Assembly (NCBI GenBank): GCA_002189035.1
Contig: CM007989.1
Span: 3,286,001-3,350,000, forward strand
Length of the DNA: 64,000 nt
Direction of reading: 5' to 3'
Source: Utricularia gibba
Lineage: Eukaryota > Plantae > Magnoliophyta
The first letter of the stretch is position 1. Every line of letters begins with the position of its first letter. Shown here one piece after another: positions 62,171 to 64,000 of this stretch. The notes below the pieces were generated by a model. That model was not told the origin of the DNA. It did no database searches and saw nothing but the letters and a program-made list of their open reading frames with translations. A program made the translations under genes and the position numbers.

Positions 62171-64000
62171 TCACTTCTCGTGAACAAGAGGGCTGTAAAT
62201 AGGGAACCACATGTTGCTTTTCACGTATTGGATCGTCTCATCCTGTGGCAGAAGTAACGTGGGACGCTGTGAGTACTTCTACACTTGAATGTAAATCTAT
62301 CTTTGAGGCAGCAAATGGTGCAAACTACAGCTGAGTTTTACCTTGGACATCCTCGCCAGCTCTTTTGGCCCGACATCATGGTGGCCTTCGGCGACATCCT
62401 CGGCGATCGCTGCCCGGAGTACAGCAGCTCCCACTTCAGCCGTGATATCTCGGATGCTGATCAACAAAGCATCATGAAGTTATCTTTGTGTCTTGTAGAT
62501 GAAAGTCTAGTTTATACCAGGTATATGTGCTCGTAAAAACCGTGTTTTTGTCTCTTGTAATGTATGGGAAACCAAAAAGGTAAAATGAAAACCGTCACTA
62601 ACCTGTCAATGGATGGATAGAGAATGCCTTGTTGAATTTCTTCATCCGTCATGTATGAAGCAAGACTGCGGAAAAAGCAACATCTGAATCTTCTCCAGCT
62701 TCATGTTTCCCAAAAAGTACAAGGATGAACCATTAGATAGAGACAGTTTTATAATGCTAACCACTCGGCAGCTGCCTGCAACATGTCATCAGTAATTATA
62801 CGGGCGCCAGCTACGAGGCTTCCCAAGCCAATGCTGTAAGAGTAGAGAGGCTCAGTGAAAGAAAACGCATAACAACAAGCACATTGGCAGTAGCCGCCAA
62901 TACAGACCCTGGAAAGAGGTACATATTATTTGCTTGATTCACATGCCCTATTTTTCCATTTCCTGCCACAAGAAGTGCTTAGTAGAGTCAATCAGAGATG
63001 CACCATTTCCAACAACCATTGCTGTATCTTTAAAGAAACCAGAAGGATGAGGTTTAAGATAATAAGCATATCTTGAATGTCCGAGGAATATACCAAGATC
63101 AACATTTTCGAAGGGGGATCCACTTGCAAAGACAATATTTTCACCAGCATGTTTAAAGGCATCCGCAGCAGAGCATTCAGCTGTTCCACAAAGAATTTAG
63201 TGCTAAGTGGCAGTTCCATCCGCAGCATGCATGAAACATTTTATTGATGAGAACCAACCATTGGCTGTGGGATTTGACATAGCAAAGATGGCCGGTTTTT
63301 TAGAGTCAGAATTCCGCATCGCCTTTAGAATCTGATTAGAAGCTCCAAGAGAAAAAAAAAAAAAAAAAAAGAAATCATTCATACAGCACGTGAGCATTGC
63401 ATCATATCATATACTCCAACAGCAAAACTCGGAATGAATGCCAACAGAAAAAGATCCCTTAGGAAATTGGAAACTGAGGCTACAAAATAGAACACGGTAA
63501 CGCTCATCCTTTTTCGAGAAAATCCTCACTTACATCAAAAAATGCATCTACTTTTTCATGCAAAAAAAGAGCTCAAGAACTAAACTCAGACTCATGCAAT
63601 AAGGATACAGCAGAGAAATCACGATGGGAAGAGTGAAAAGAAAGTCATGAGAAGGAAAACAAACCTCCTCATTAAAGATTCCACCGACGCCTGACAAACC
63701 AAGCAGTACATGAGGCTTTACTTTGTCAACCTTCATAAAATTGATGGAAATTATTAATTATAATGGAAACACTTTTTAGTCTTATAAGAACAAAAAACAA
63801 TTGCGATACATGAATAGCCACTATGTCTCGGTCTGAGTTGACCCAAACAAAGACAATTAACTCATGTTTACAAGTAGATTTACCACTTCAAGCAGTCTGG
63901 ATCCCTCAGTGAGCCCAAATGCAGCGACCTCTCCCTGTGACTTGGCAAAAGGAGCAGCTGCGGAGTCCATGCTTTTTCTTGATTTCGTTATAAGACCCTG
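62171..64000 (-). CDS. NAD-ME2: Mitochondrial NAD-dependent malic enzyme, beta (59-kDa) type; 3' part only
   Basis: KVKPHVLLGLSGVGGIFNEE, IFAMSNPT, AECSAADAF...FASGSPF, GHVNQANNMYLFPG|IGLG, IRDITAEVGAAV...GPKELARMSK|DETIQYVKSNMWFPIYSPLVHEK*. Confidence 0.93.

Noticed and set aside
62285-62536. Plus-strand 83-aa ORF as a separate small gene
   Set aside because: It is the antisense of a malic-enzyme exon (IRDITAEVGAAV...).

Overview
Eukaryotic plant nuclear DNA from a gene-dense eudicot with short introns; the species cannot be fixed from the sequence alone. In order, the window holds: the 3' end of a ferric reduction oxidase (FRO); a small uncharacterised gene sitting between two diverged copies of the MED12 promoter/leader; MED12; a PRONE RopGEF; a C2-domain gene; an uncharacterised type II membrane protein gene; a class-3 lipase; three tandem non-RD LRR-RLK XII (FLS2/EFR/XA21-type) genes; an AT-hook/PPC gene; a 75-aa single-dsRBD ORF; a CAP10/GT90 glycosyltransferase; MYB17-like; a DDX6-type DEAD-box helicase (RH8-like); FolD; threonine aspartase; and the 3' part of NAD-malic enzyme. 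The third LRR-RLK is split inside exon 1 by a 6.85-kb Mutator-like element with a 10-bp target-site duplication. That element is the most unusual object here. Its splice phases join a MuDR/MULE/SWIM/CCHC transposase in frame to a C48 (ULP/SUMO-protease-like) domain. It has degenerate TIRs backed by oriented TTTGACCC motif arrays, and ~101-bp double-hairpin tandem repeats in which one hairpin loop flips orientation in every second unit. Several genes show single-base deletions in G/C runs, including housekeeping FolD, which points to assembly error rather than true pseudogenisation. All exon structures were read by eye; no database searches were run.
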